A stretch of DNA of 64,000 bases from an uncultured Gemmatimonadales bacterium. GTDB taxonomy: Bacteria > Gemmatimonadota > Gemmatimonadetes > Gemmatimonadales > GWC2-71-9. The stretch is from positions 320,001 to 384,000 of the forward strand of contig CAWHFW010000002.1 of NCBI GenBank assembly GCA_963828735.1, given 5' to 3'. The notes beneath the pieces were generated by a model, which was not told the origin of the DNA, did no database searches, and saw only the letters and a list, made by a program, of their open reading frames with translations. Shown here in pieces: positions 39,085-48,176 of the stretch; within the stretch, counting starts at the first letter, position 1; each line of letters starts with the position of its first letter. Made by a program: the position numbers and the translations under genes.

Positions 39085-39256
39085 TAAAGTACTGTTGACT
39101 CCTGGGTGCAGCCTGAATCGTCGTTCTCAGCGGGATCACGGCCTGACACACCCAGCGGCTCGCCACGAGGCTTGTTGATCCGCACCGCCGAAAGCAGGGC
39201 CGAGCGGCTGGGCATGCCCCGCGCAAAGCGCTCGGAATGTCGCGGCGATGTAAGGA

Positions 39257-40177
39257 TCATCGACTCTTCACATCTACGAGCCCCCGGATTACGCCTGCGA
39301 TGACCCAGCATTGGCCGAGCGCGATAAGCGGGAAATACCAGATGAGCGGGCGGATCGCTCCTACCGCAACGTTCTTTACCACAATCCGACCGAGCGCCAT
39401 CGCGACGTACACCGGGGCGAGCAACACGGCCCGTGCGGGTGTGGTTGGATACCAGCGGCCGAATGGGACCGCGTCGCGGTGCTTCACACGAAACCGGCAG
39501 CCATAGCGGCCAATCGTGTACTGGTAACGCAAATAACTGAAGACCGTGGAGCGGGGGTGGCGATGCTCCGAAAGCGCCCTTGGCTCGAACAAGACGCGCC
39601 ACCCAGCCTGGCGCGCCCGCACGCAGAGATCGAAGTCTTCGGCGATTCGAAGATTCGGATCGTAGTAGCCGACCTGCTCGATGACCGCGCGGCGGACCAG
39701 CATGTTGGCGCCCACGACGTAAGGCACGTCCGTTGGAGGCGCTGCTGGATCCACCAGGTATCTGTTCGAGAAGTCGAACGCCGCAGCGGCATACGTGACC
39801 TTCCGCGGGTCCTGTGGATTCGGGCCACCCACGATGCCGATCGTCGCGTCCGTCGAAAGGAGGGCACACAGCTTGGCCAGACAATCGGTCGCCGGGACGC
39901 AATCGGCGTCCACGATCCAGAAATAGTCGGTGGTCACGCGGGGGAGGGCGCGGTTGCGGGCTTCGGCAGGACCCACATTCTGGGCGAGCTCAATAATCTC
40001 CATTGTTGGGTCGCGGCGTCCCCGAACCCGCCTCACCGTGTCGTCGGTGCTCGCGTCATCGATAACCATGGTGGACGCAACTGAATACGACTGCCCGGCG
40101 ATTGCGTCCAGACAAACGCCGATCGTAGGCGCACCGTTGCGAATGGCGATGATGGCGGTGACTGTCGGCCGAGTCAT
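39257..40177 (-). CDS. Glycosyltransferase family 2
   Basis: IDDASTD, NVGPAEARN, VDAD (DxD), AEDFDLCVR, C-terminal hydrophobic helices. Confidence 0.9.
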   Translation of the reverse strand: MTRPTVTAIIAIRNGAPTIGVCLDAIAGQSYSVASTMVIDDASTDDTVRRVRGRRDPTMEIIELAQNVGPAEARNRALPRVTTDYFWIVDADCVPATDCLAKLCALLSTDATIGIVGGPNPQDPRKVTYAAAAFDFSNRYLVDPAAPPTDVPYVVGANMLVRRAVIEQVGYYDPNLRIAEDFDLCVRARQAGWRVLFEPRALSEHRHPRSTVFSYLRYQYTIGRYGCRFRVKHRDAVPFGRWYPTTPARAVLLAPVYVAMALGRIVVKNVAVGAIRPLIWYFPLIALGQCWVIAGVIRGLVDVKSR

Positions 40178-40187
40178 GGTCGCGGGC

Positions 40188-41432
40188 TCAGAAAGGAATA
40201 CGGGCGGGCGATCCGGGCTGCAGCGCACCGGGTACCGGAGACCCGCGCAGCAGCCGGAAGGCGAGCGCACTCGCAACCGCGCCGCGGCAGAGCCACCCCA
40301 CCGCTACGCCGTACATCAAACCGATCAGCCCCCACCGGACCCCTAGCCATGCCGCTGTGGCCCCAACCCCAGCGCAGGTCCAGCTCACCCAGTTCAGCAA
40401 CCCCAGTTGCCGGGCACTGCCGAGAGCCCAGACGATCGTCGTCGCGAACCCGTCAGCCAGCTTGACGGCCCCGCTCACGAGGGCGGCGATCATCAATGCT
40501 GTCGAAAGGTGATACTTGCCGGCGAGCAGCGAGGCTGCGACCCAAGGCGCTGCGAAGAAGATGAGCAGCGAGCCTGAGCCGGCGATCAACGCGACAGCCC
40601 ATGCTTCGCGATGAGCCAACAGCTGGCGCTCCTCTGGGGAAGAGGCGGTGCTGAGCCGCGGGAGCAACGTATATCCCGCTCCCATCTGCAGCATACGCAG
40701 TGGTGATCCGACGAGGGTGGTCACCACCGCAAAGGTGGCCAGGTCGTCGAGAGTCAAGAGCCGGGGGGTCAGCAAGCGCTCGAGCTGCATGAGGATTAGC
40801 GCAGCGGCGGTTATGCCGAGCAGGCTAAGGCCCTCTAAGAACGAGTGCCCCTCGGGTGCACCCTGATGTCTCTCGCGTGCCAGTACTCCCCAGCCGACGC
40901 TGGACGAGATCACATTGTATCCCGCTACAAGTGCGGCAAGAAGCCAGAGCTGCACCCCTCCGGCGATCACGGCGACCGCTCCCATGCCGACCAGAATCAT
41001 CGCAAGGCCCTGCGAGAGGCTGAGGGCAAGGCCAAACCGGAGCCGGCTCTGGAAGATGGCCGAGGCCACGCGGGTAGTCCCGCCGGCGGTGATGCTGATG
41101 ATCAAGGCGACAATCAGCGCCAGGTCCATTCTGTAAAGTGCCGCGGCGGGGATGGCGGTCGCCACCGCTACGACGAGTGAGGTGAGGAGCGGTCGCCCGG
41201 GAGAGACCCTCGCCCCTGGCCGGCGGTTCACTTGACCCTCGAGGCCGATCGGGGCCAGGGAGGCTCCGATCTGAACCAGCGCGAGAAACAGGGTGAAGAC
41301 GCCGAATTGTGCGGGCAGAAGCACCCGCGCCAGCAGCAAGTTGCCCAAGGCGTATCCGACGCCGCCGAGGCCGAAACCCACCGCGGTCCGAAGCGCCGAC
41401 GATTTTTGGAGCAAGCGAAGCGGCAGGGCCAC
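40188..41432 (-). CDS. Wzx-like polysaccharide flippase / membrane protein
   Basis: About 12 TM segments, LLARVLLPAQFG start typical of MOP/Wzx flippases, located among glycosyltransferases. Confidence 0.7.
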   Translation of the reverse strand: MALPLRLLQKSSALRTAVGFGLGGVGYALGNLLLARVLLPAQFGVFTLFLALVQIGASLAPIGLEGQVNRRPGARVSPGRPLLTSLVVAVATAIPAAALYRMDLALIVALIISITAGGTTRVASAIFQSRLRFGLALSLSQGLAMILVGMGAVAVIAGGVQLWLLAALVAGYNVISSSVGWGVLARERHQGAPEGHSFLEGLSLLGITAAALILMQLERLLTPRLLTLDDLATFAVVTTLVGSPLRMLQMGAGYTLLPRLSTASSPEERQLLAHREAWAVALIAGSGSLLIFFAAPWVAASLLAGKYHLSTALMIAALVSGAVKLADGFATTIVWALGSARQLGLLNWVSWTCAGVGATAAWLGVRWGLIGLMYGVAVGWLCRGAVASALAFRLLRGSPVPGALQPGSPARIPF

Positions 41433-41652
41433 CCCCGGGCAGAATCGTCCTAACGTGAAAGCAGGGCTTCCTGAGTTGCATCTATGAAGCGCTAGCTACC
41501 GTCTACTCAGCGGAAACTAATGAGTCCGCCGTCGACCAACTCGCCTACCTCTTGAGCCAGTCGAGGCGCTCTCGCCGGAACCAATAGCACAAGCCCACCG
41601 CCACCGGGCAGCAGAACGCCCGACAGCGGTGGGCGCATGGCTTGGCTCCCCG

Positions 41653-42672
41653 CTATTGGACCGGGTTGGCCGTGATGCTGATGACCAGGTCATTGAAGTC
41701 CGGCTCGCTGGTGCCGCCCACGCCATCGTCGAAAGACAGGGTCCACGTGGGGTACGCGCCGCTCACGTGCAGCGCTGGCGCGGTCACCTGGTTGGTCGCG
41801 CCGGAAATGACCTGCGCCTCCAGGTGCGTCCCGGCCTCGAACACCGCACCATCGCTCAGGTCGAACGCGCTGCCGACGTCCGGAGCGTAACAGCCGTCGG
41901 TGAACAGCGTCTCCGCTACCGGGGCCGTGATCTGGAACGAGTTGCCGTGCGCCAGGCACGACCGGCTCTCGAGCTTGACCGTCACAGTTGCATCGGCGTC
42001 GAGCACTAGGGCGCAGGACGCGAAGTGGCCCGTCCCGGGCGCGTCTTCGCACTGGAGCGAGGCTGGCGGCGAGACTGTGATCTCGGTGGTTTTGGAGCTG
42101 CTCAGCCCCTGGTTATCGGTGACCGTGAGCTTTGCCGCGTAGATCGTTCGTGTCGTCGCGTCATACTGGTGGGCCGGCGGGGCCGGGTCGGCGCTGCTCG
42201 ACCCGTCCCCGAACTCCCAGGCCCAGGCCACGACCGTGCCATCGGCGTCAGTGCTCAGGTCCTGAAAGGTGCAGCTCAACGACGAGCAGTTCACGGCGAA
42301 ATCAGCCGTGGGTGCGCCGTTCTGGGGCGCGGTCACCGTCACCGTCTTCGTCCGGGAGCCCTGGCCGCTCAGGTTGTCCGTAACGGTCAGTTTCACGCTG
42401 AAGTCCCCGCCGTTGGCGAACGTGTGGCTCGGGTTGTTGGTGGCGGAACCATTGCCATCGCCGAAGTCCCAGGCGAAAGTGGCCACCTGCCCGTCCCCGT
42501 CGCTGCTCAGATCGGCGAACGAGCACGTGAGGCCAGTGCACGAGCTCGCGAAATCCGCCGCCGGCGCCGAGTTGCCGCCATCGTCGGGGCCGCTCGAGTC
42601 CTTGCCACACGCCATAGCCGTGCTGAGCACCAACGGGGCACACCACAGGTACAGCGATCGGATTGGTCGCAT
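41653..42672 (-). CDS. PKD-domain lipoprotein with C-terminal DxDFND motif
   Basis: Lipobox AMAC; two PKD domains (WDFGDG, WEFGDG, LTVTDN); CAGGAG RBS. Confidence 0.88.
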   Translation of the reverse strand: MRPIRSLYLWCAPLVLSTAMACGKDSSGPDDGGNSAPAADFASSCTGLTCSFADLSSDGDGQVATFAWDFGDGNGSATNNPSHTFANGGDFSVKLTVTDNLSGQGSRTKTVTVTAPQNGAPTADFAVNCSSLSCTFQDLSTDADGTVVAWAWEFGDGSSSADPAPPAHQYDATTRTIYAAKLTVTDNQGLSSSKTTEITVSPPASLQCEDAPGTGHFASCALVLDADATVTVKLESRSCLAHGNSFQITAPVAETLFTDGCYAPDVGSAFDLSDGAVFEAGTHLEAQVISGATNQVTAPALHVSGAYPTWTLSFDDGVGGTSEPDFNDLVISITANPVQ

Positions 42673-42802
42673 AGCTCCTGCTCGCATGTTGGAGGAAACG
42701 GAATGGTGGAGGCGGCCGCCTACTCACCCGGCCGCTGGAGCGGCCCGCCGACGGTCCTCCGCCGGCGGGCTACTGCAGTTCCTTCTGAATCAGTCGGGCA
42801 CT

Positions 42803-43825
42803 TTACGGGACGACGGTTGCCTGCGCTGTCAAGACGATGTCGTTGAAGTCAGGCTCGTTTGGCTGCCCCATATTCCCACCATCGTCGATCTTGATCGTCC
42901 AGGTGGGGAAGGATCCTTCGAGCTTGACAGCGGGCGGCCCGCGGGGCGGATCCGTCGGGTCGCCGACACCCTGGGTGAATACGGCCTCAATCTGCGTGCC
43001 CGGATCGAACGCCCCGTTATTCGGGCCCGCGATGGTGTAGACCGTGCCAACTGGCTGCGTGCACCCGTTGGTGAAAACAATCTGCTCCACTGGCGCCGTG
43101 ATCTCAAACTGGTTGCCGGTGAACGAGCAGTCACGGCTGGTCAAGGTGATCGTCAGCGTGGCCTTCTGGGTAACGTCGAGGGTGCAATTCAGCAGCGTCC
43201 CGCCAGAGCTGCACTGGAGACTTGCCGGAGGCGTGACGGTAATCGTCTGCTGCTTCGCGTTGGTCCCACCCTGGCCGTCTGTGACCGTGAGTGTCACCGT
43301 GAAGTCGGTGACGACAGTGGCGCTGTAGGTGTGCGTCGGATTCTGATCGGTGGACGTGTTGGCTCCCGAAGCAGGCTCGCCGAAGTCCCATTGGTACGTG
43401 AGGGCACCCGCAGGGGTGCTGGCGTCGGTGAACGTGCAATCCAGCCCATTGCAGGTAACGGTGAAGTCCGCCGCCAGGCTCGGGGGGGCCGCCGAGACCG
43501 TCACCGGCTTCGTGACGGTCCCCGTGGCTCCGCCATTGTCCGTAACGGTCAACGTGACCTGATACGTGTTGGCGGTGGTGAAGGTGTGGGTCGCATTCTG
43601 GTCGGTCGACGCGGCGCTCTGGTCGCCGAAGTTCCAGCTGTAGCCCGTGATGCTCCCGTCGGAATCGGTCCCGGTACCCGAGAAGCTGCAGGCCACGTTC
43701 ACGGTACAGCTGGGAGCCGTAAATCCGGCGATCGGTACCGCGTTGGACGGCCCGTTAGAGTCGCCGCCGCAGGCCCCGAGGAGCGCCGTGCCGGCGACGA
43801 ACGTCAAGACATGCGAGAAGCGCAT
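42803..43825 (-). CDS. PKD-domain lipoprotein, paralog of 41653-42672
   Basis: Lipobox LGAC; WNFGD and WDFGE PKD domains; shared C-terminal domain ending DDGG..EPDFNDIVL. Confidence 0.88.
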   Translation of the reverse strand: MRFSHVLTFVAGTALLGACGGDSNGPSNAVPIAGFTAPSCTVNVACSFSGTGTDSDGSITGYSWNFGDQSAASTDQNATHTFTTANTYQVTLTVTDNGGATGTVTKPVTVSAAPPSLAADFTVTCNGLDCTFTDASTPAGALTYQWDFGEPASGANTSTDQNPTHTYSATVVTDFTVTLTVTDGQGGTNAKQQTITVTPPASLQCSSGGTLLNCTLDVTQKATLTITLTSRDCSFTGNQFEITAPVEQIVFTNGCTQPVGTVYTIAGPNNGAFDPGTQIEAVFTQGVGDPTDPPRGPPAVKLEGSFPTWTIKIDDGGNMGQPNEPDFNDIVLTAQATVVP

Positions 43826-43906
43826 AGTGTTGGTCCCAAGCCCCAGAGTTGAATGTGTTGTCACAGGGGGAACGCGGCCGTGCGTACTTCCACCGGCCGA
43901 CGGAAA

Positions 43907-43922
43907 GGCCAGACCCGTGCCA
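43907..43922 (-). promoter_or_regulatory. Possible sigma-54 promoter of the PKD lipoprotein pair
   Basis: Minus strand TGGCACGGGTCTGGCC (perfect -24 TGGCACG, GG-N10-GC); inverted repeat ACACCCTGTC-N16-GACAGGATGT at 43948-43983. Confidence 0.4.
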
Positions 43923-44118
43923 GCGAGGAGCTGTCGTTAACGGCTACACACCCTGTCAGGGAAGTTCCGTACCGACAGGATGTTAGCGAGAGAATGCCGA
44001 AAAGCTGACACTTGGGCGGCCGAGCATCAGGTGTGGCGCCCACACCATACGGCCAGAGCCCAATCTCGATACCTCAGGGCTTCCCGTCGAGGGGTAGCCC
44101 GGTCGAACCACCCGCCGG

Positions 44119-44148
44119 TTGACGCGGTCGGCAGGTGCTAACTATTTT
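44119..44148 (+). promoter_or_regulatory. Putative sigma-70 promoter of prs
   Basis: TTGACG-N18-TATTTT just upstream of ATG 44163. Confidence 0.4.
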
Positions 44149-44162
44149 TGCGGGCTGTAATT

Positions 44163-45116
44163 ATGACGGACCTCTCGCTGTCACGCAGCCAAATGCTGCT
44201 CCTGAGCGGCTCGGGCAACCGCGCCCTTTCGGAGGAAGTGGCCGCCCATCTCGGGCAGCCCTTGTGTCAGGTCACGCTTCGGCGCTTCGCCGATGGCGAG
44301 CTGTTCGTCAAGATCGACGAGAACGTCCGGGGGCGGGACGTCTATATCATCCAGCCGACCAACCCGCCGGCCGAGAACATGATCGAGCTCCTGCTCCTCA
44401 TGGACGCGGCTCGCCGGGCCAGCGCGGCCCGGGTCACGTCGGTCATCCCGTATTTCGGATACGCGCGACAGGACCGCAAGGACCAGCCGCGGGTGGCGAT
44501 CAGCGCCAAGCTCATGGCCAACATGGTGTCGATGGCCGGCGCGGACCGGGTGCTGGCAATCGATTTCCACCAGCATCAGCTCCAGGGGTTCTTCGACCTG
44601 CCGGTCGATCATCTGTATGCGGCGCCGGTGTTCGTCAGCCACTATCGCCAGAAGCAGCTGCATGACCTGGTCGTGGTGGCACCGGACGTGGGGTCGGCCA
44701 AGATGGCCCGGGGCTTCGCCAAGCGACTCAACGCCTCGCTCGCGATCATCGACAAGCGGCGGCCATCGGCCAATGTGGCCGAGGTGCTGAACGTCGTCGG
44801 CGAGGTAGGCGACAAGGACTGCCTCATCCCGGACGACATGATCGACACCGCCGGAACGATGGCGGAGGCCGTGACCGCCCTCAAGCGGCTCGGTGCGCGG
44901 GACATCTACTGCTGTGCCACGCACGCCCTGCTCTCGGGGCCGGCCGTGGACCGGCTGATGGCCTCCCCGGTCAAGGAGGTGGCGGTGACGAATACGATCG
45001 GGATCCCACCCGAGCGCCGGTTCGACCGGCTGAAGGTGCTCTCGATCGCCGGACTGCTGGCCAAGGCGATCGGCTACACACACAGCGATCAATCCGTGAG
45101 CTCGCTGTTCGATTGA
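44163..45116 (+). CDS. prs: Ribose-phosphate pyrophosphokinase
   Basis: FADGE, PYFGYARQDRK, VAPDVG, DKRR, DDMIDTAGT. Confidence 0.97.
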   Translation: MTDLSLSRSQMLLLSGSGNRALSEEVAAHLGQPLCQVTLRRFADGELFVKIDENVRGRDVYIIQPTNPPAENMIELLLLMDAARRASAARVTSVIPYFGYARQDRKDQPRVAISAKLMANMVSMAGADRVLAIDFHQHQLQGFFDLPVDHLYAAPVFVSHYRQKQLHDLVVVAPDVGSAKMARGFAKRLNASLAIIDKRRPSANVAEVLNVVGEVGDKDCLIPDDMIDTAGTMAEAVTALKRLGARDIYCCATHALLSGPAVDRLMASPVKEVAVTNTIGIPPERRFDRLKVLSIAGLLAKAIGYTHSDQSVSSLFD

Positions 45117-45187
45117 AGCAGGCAGAAGCCATCGCCCTCTCGGGCCGGTGACTCGTTGCACGTGACGTTACTCCAAGGATTGGGACC

Positions 45188-45859
45188 ATGGCACAACAGG
45201 CAAGTCTCCCCGTGAGCTCGCGCTCGGTGACCGGCAAGGGCGCCGCCCGCTCCCTCCGCCGCGAAGGCAAGGTGCCGGGCGTCATCTACGGGCACGGCCG
45301 CGAGGCGGAGTCCGTCACCGTCGACACGGCGACCCTCAAGAAAGTGCTCGTGGGGATCAGCGCGGCCACCGCGATTGTGGACGTGACCGTGGACGGGCGG
45401 GCGCCAGTCAAGGCGCTCATCCGCGAGATCCAGCGCGATTCCCTCCGCCCCGCCGAGATCATCCACCTCGACTTGTACGAGGTGCGCAGCGACGAGGAGA
45501 TCACCCTCCAAGTGCCGGTCCGCCTGATCGGCGTCCCGGACGGCGTGCGGAACTTCGGGGGCGTGCTGGACCACGTGCTCCGCGAGCTCGAGATCGAGGT
45601 GCTGCCGGCGGACATTCCGGAGCACGTCGACCTCGACGTCACGGCGCTCACTATCGGCCACTCGTTGTTCGTGCGCGACCTTCAGGTGCCCAAGGCCAAG
45701 GTTCTCAACGACCCCGACACGCCGATCTGCACGGTCGTGGCGCCACGGTCCGAAGAGGCGCCGGTGGCGGCGGCCCCCGAGGAGGTTGCGACGGCCGAGC
45801 CGGAGCTCATTCGGAAGCCGAAGGCCGAGGCCGAGGGCGAGACCGAAGAAAAGGCCTGA
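45188..45859 (+). CDS. rplY: 50S ribosomal protein L25/general stress protein Ctc
   Basis: GKGAARSLRREGKVPGVIYG, HLDLY, GVRNFGGVL, acidic tail. Confidence 0.95.
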   Translation: MAQQASLPVSSRSVTGKGAARSLRREGKVPGVIYGHGREAESVTVDTATLKKVLVGISAATAIVDVTVDGRAPVKALIREIQRDSLRPAEIIHLDLYEVRSDEEITLQVPVRLIGVPDGVRNFGGVLDHVLRELEIEVLPADIPEHVDLDVTALTIGHSLFVRDLQVPKAKVLNDPDTPICTVVAPRSEEAPVAAAPEEVATAEPELIRKPKAEAEGETEEKA

Positions 45860-45862
45860 GCC

Positions 45863-46429
45863 CTGCACGCGATCGTTGGGCTGGGCAACCCCGGCCCGGA
45901 GTACGACGGAACCCGGCACAACGCCGGGTTTCGATTGGCCGACCACTTGGTGGCTCGCTGGAAAGTGGGACCGTTCGAGCGCGGCGAGCGCACACGCCAA
46001 GCGCAGGGAACGTGGGATGGGCGCCCGGTACGAATTCTGAAGCCTCAGACGTACATGAATCGGAGCGGCGCAGCCATCGCGCCGCTCTGTGCGCTTCCGG
46101 GGTTCGAACCGGCGACGCACCTGCTGGTCCTGACGGACGACGTCGCCTTGCCCGTGGGGAAATTCCGGTTGCGCGGCGCGGGGTCGGCCGGCGGTCACAA
46201 TGGCTTGAAGAGCGTGGAGGCCGCGCTCCAGCGGCAAGACTATTCCCGGCTCCGCATCGGCGTCGGGCCCGTGCCCGTGGGCATGGAGGATCTCGCCGAC
46301 TTCGTCCTGGGGCCGCTCGAGCCCGAAGAGCACCAGGTGATTCAGGATCTCCTCGACCCGATGGCCGAGGCCGTGGAGTCGTGGCTCGGCGAAGGCATCG
46401 AGCGAGCGATGAGTCGGTTCAATCGATGA
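45863..46429 (+). CDS. pth: Peptidyl-tRNA hydrolase (apparent CTG start)
   Basis: IVGLGNPG.EY..TRHNAGF, KPQTYMNRSG, GSAGGHNGLKS, RLRIGVG. Confidence 0.93.
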   Translation: MHAIVGLGNPGPEYDGTRHNAGFRLADHLVARWKVGPFERGERTRQAQGTWDGRPVRILKPQTYMNRSGAAIAPLCALPGFEPATHLLVLTDDVALPVGKFRLRGAGSAGGHNGLKSVEAALQRQDYSRLRIGVGPVPVGMEDLADFVLGPLEPEEHQVIQDLLDPMAEAVESWLGEGIERAMSRFNR

Positions 46430-46543
46430 GACGATGGGGTTCGCGAGCGTCTCGCGCCTAGCGTTTCCCACCCCGCTGGCCCGGTTCGGGCATCGCGCGG
46501 CCCACTCAGAACCCACCACCCCAGAACCTGCGACCCGCCTCCA

Positions 46544-47641
46544 ATGCTCCGCCTCGGCATCGTCGGTCTCCCCAACGTCGGCAAGTCCACGTTGTTCAAC
46601 GCCCTCACGTCCGCGAGGGCGCTGGTCGCCAACTACCCCTTCGCCACGATCGAGCCGAACACCGGCATCGTCCAGGTACCCGACGGGCGCCTGGAGGCCC
46701 TGGCCCGGATCGTGAGCCCCGAGCGGACCGTCGCGGCCACGGTGGAGTTCGTGGACATCGCGGGGCTGGTCAAGGGCGCGAGCGAGGGTGAGGGCCTCGG
46801 CAACCAGTTCCTCGCGAACATCCGCGAGGTGGACGCGATCGTCCACGTGGTCCGCTGCTTCGAGGACGACGACATCCAGCACGTCATGGGTCCGGTAGAC
46901 CCGGTGCGGGACCGGGAGGTCATCAACATCGAGCTCGGCCTGGCCGACCTGGCGAGCGTCGAAAAGCGGCTCGACAAGACCACGCGCGCTGCCAAGTCCG
47001 GCGATCCGCAAGCCCGACTCGAGCAGCGCGTGCTGGAGGCGGTGCTCGATGCCCTGGCCGCGGGCCGGCCCGCACGCACGGTGTCCCCGACCGATGAGGA
47101 GGCGCCGGCCTTTCGCGGTTTCAACCTCCTGACCGCGAAGCCGGTGCTCTACGCCGCGAACGTGGCCGAGCACGAGATCGCCTCGGGGAACCCCCACGTC
47201 GACGCGCTCGGCACCGCCCTCGCGCGCGACGGCGAAGTGGCCGAGGTCGTGACCTTTTCCGCCAAGGTGGAGGCCGAGCTTGCCGAGCTGGACCAGTCGG
47301 ATCGGGCGGACTTCCTGGAGTCGCTCGGCCTCACCGAATCCGGGCTGGACCGGCTCGCCCACGCCGCCTACCACCTGCTGGGCCTGCAGAGCTATTTCAC
47401 CGCCGGCGAGAAGGAGGTCCGGGCGTGGACCATCCACCGGGGCGACAAGGCGCCAGCGGCGGCGGGCGTGATCCACTCGGACTTCGAAAAGGGCTTCATC
47501 CGCGCCGAAACGGTGGGCTACGACGATTTCGTGCGCGTCGGCGGGTGGAAGCCCGCCCGCGAGCAAGGACTCGCGCGCGCGGAAGGCCGGGAATACGTCG
47601 TTCGCGACGGCGACGTGATGCTGTTCCGCTTTAGCAGCTGA
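46544..47641 (+). CDS. ychF: Redox-regulated ATPase YchF
   Basis: GIVGLPNVGKSTLFN, NYPFATIEPN, DIAGLVKGAS.GEGLGN, TGS domain. Confidence 0.97.
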   Translation: MLRLGIVGLPNVGKSTLFNALTSARALVANYPFATIEPNTGIVQVPDGRLEALARIVSPERTVAATVEFVDIAGLVKGASEGEGLGNQFLANIREVDAIVHVVRCFEDDDIQHVMGPVDPVRDREVINIELGLADLASVEKRLDKTTRAAKSGDPQARLEQRVLEAVLDALAAGRPARTVSPTDEEAPAFRGFNLLTAKPVLYAANVAEHEIASGNPHVDALGTALARDGEVAEVVTFSAKVEAELAELDQSDRADFLESLGLTESGLDRLAHAAYHLLGLQSYFTAGEKEVRAWTIHRGDKAPAAAGVIHSDFEKGFIRAETVGYDDFVRVGGWKPAREQGLARAEGREYVVRDGDVMLFRFSS

Positions 47642-47834
47642 GCAGGGCCGGTCCGGCGGGCGGTGGCGCCCTGGCAGATGGCGGCGCCACCCGGTCCTGA
47701 CCCCTCGGACCCGGACGTTGGCGGACCGACGACCTACCCTTATCATCGCTTCACGCCTATACTTCCCGCCTCACAACCCATCCTCCTCGGCGCCCACACC
47801 GGCCCGGGGCGACTCAGACCGAAGGAAGGTGTCA

Positions 47835-48176
47835 ATGACCCGTCAGTACGAGGTGGTCTATATCTTCGACAGTGCGCTCGAAGAGGCCACCATCAACGAG
47901 CGCCTCGCTCGCTTTCACGCACTCATCCAGCAGCCGGGCGGTGAAGCCCCCCAGGTGAACCACTGGGGCAAGCGCACGCTCGCCTACCCCATCAAGAAGC
48001 ACGAGACCGGCTACTACGTCGTCGCCAAGTTCGACGCGGATGCGCTGGGCCTCCCCGAATTCGAGCGCGCGATCAAGCTCGACGACGGAGTCCTCCGGTT
48101 CCTCGTTGTCGTGAACGAGGGCGCGCAGCCCGTGCCGGTGACCGCCGGCAAGAGCGACGAGGAGGACGACGAATGA
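47835..48176 (+). CDS. rpsF: 30S ribosomal protein S6
   Basis: [27 protein letters not shown]. Confidence 0.95.
   Translation: MTRQYEVVYIFDSALEEATINERLARFHALIQQPGGEAPQVNHWGKRTLAYPIKKHETGYYVVAKFDADALGLPEFERAIKLDDGVLRFLVVVNEGAQPVPVTAGKSDEEDDE

Noticed and set aside
28999..44100. Prophage, ICE or transposon call for the accessory blocks
   Set aside because: No integrase, transposase, phage or conjugation genes and no convincing terminal repeats are present.
44101..44112. GGTCGAACCACC resembling the tRNA-Gln T-arm (GGTTCGAATCCACC) at the right edge of the cargo block, a possible attR relic
   Set aside because: It is only 12 nt, needs two gaps and does not extend into the acceptor stem. It cannot be told from chance, although the position is suggestive.
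45089..47746. 885-aa minus-strand ORF and similar long antisense ORFs (e.g. 49669-51627, 55498-57402, 42269-43852)
   Set aside because: These are shadow ORFs opposite well-supported genes, expected with high GC3 codon bias, and show no motifs.
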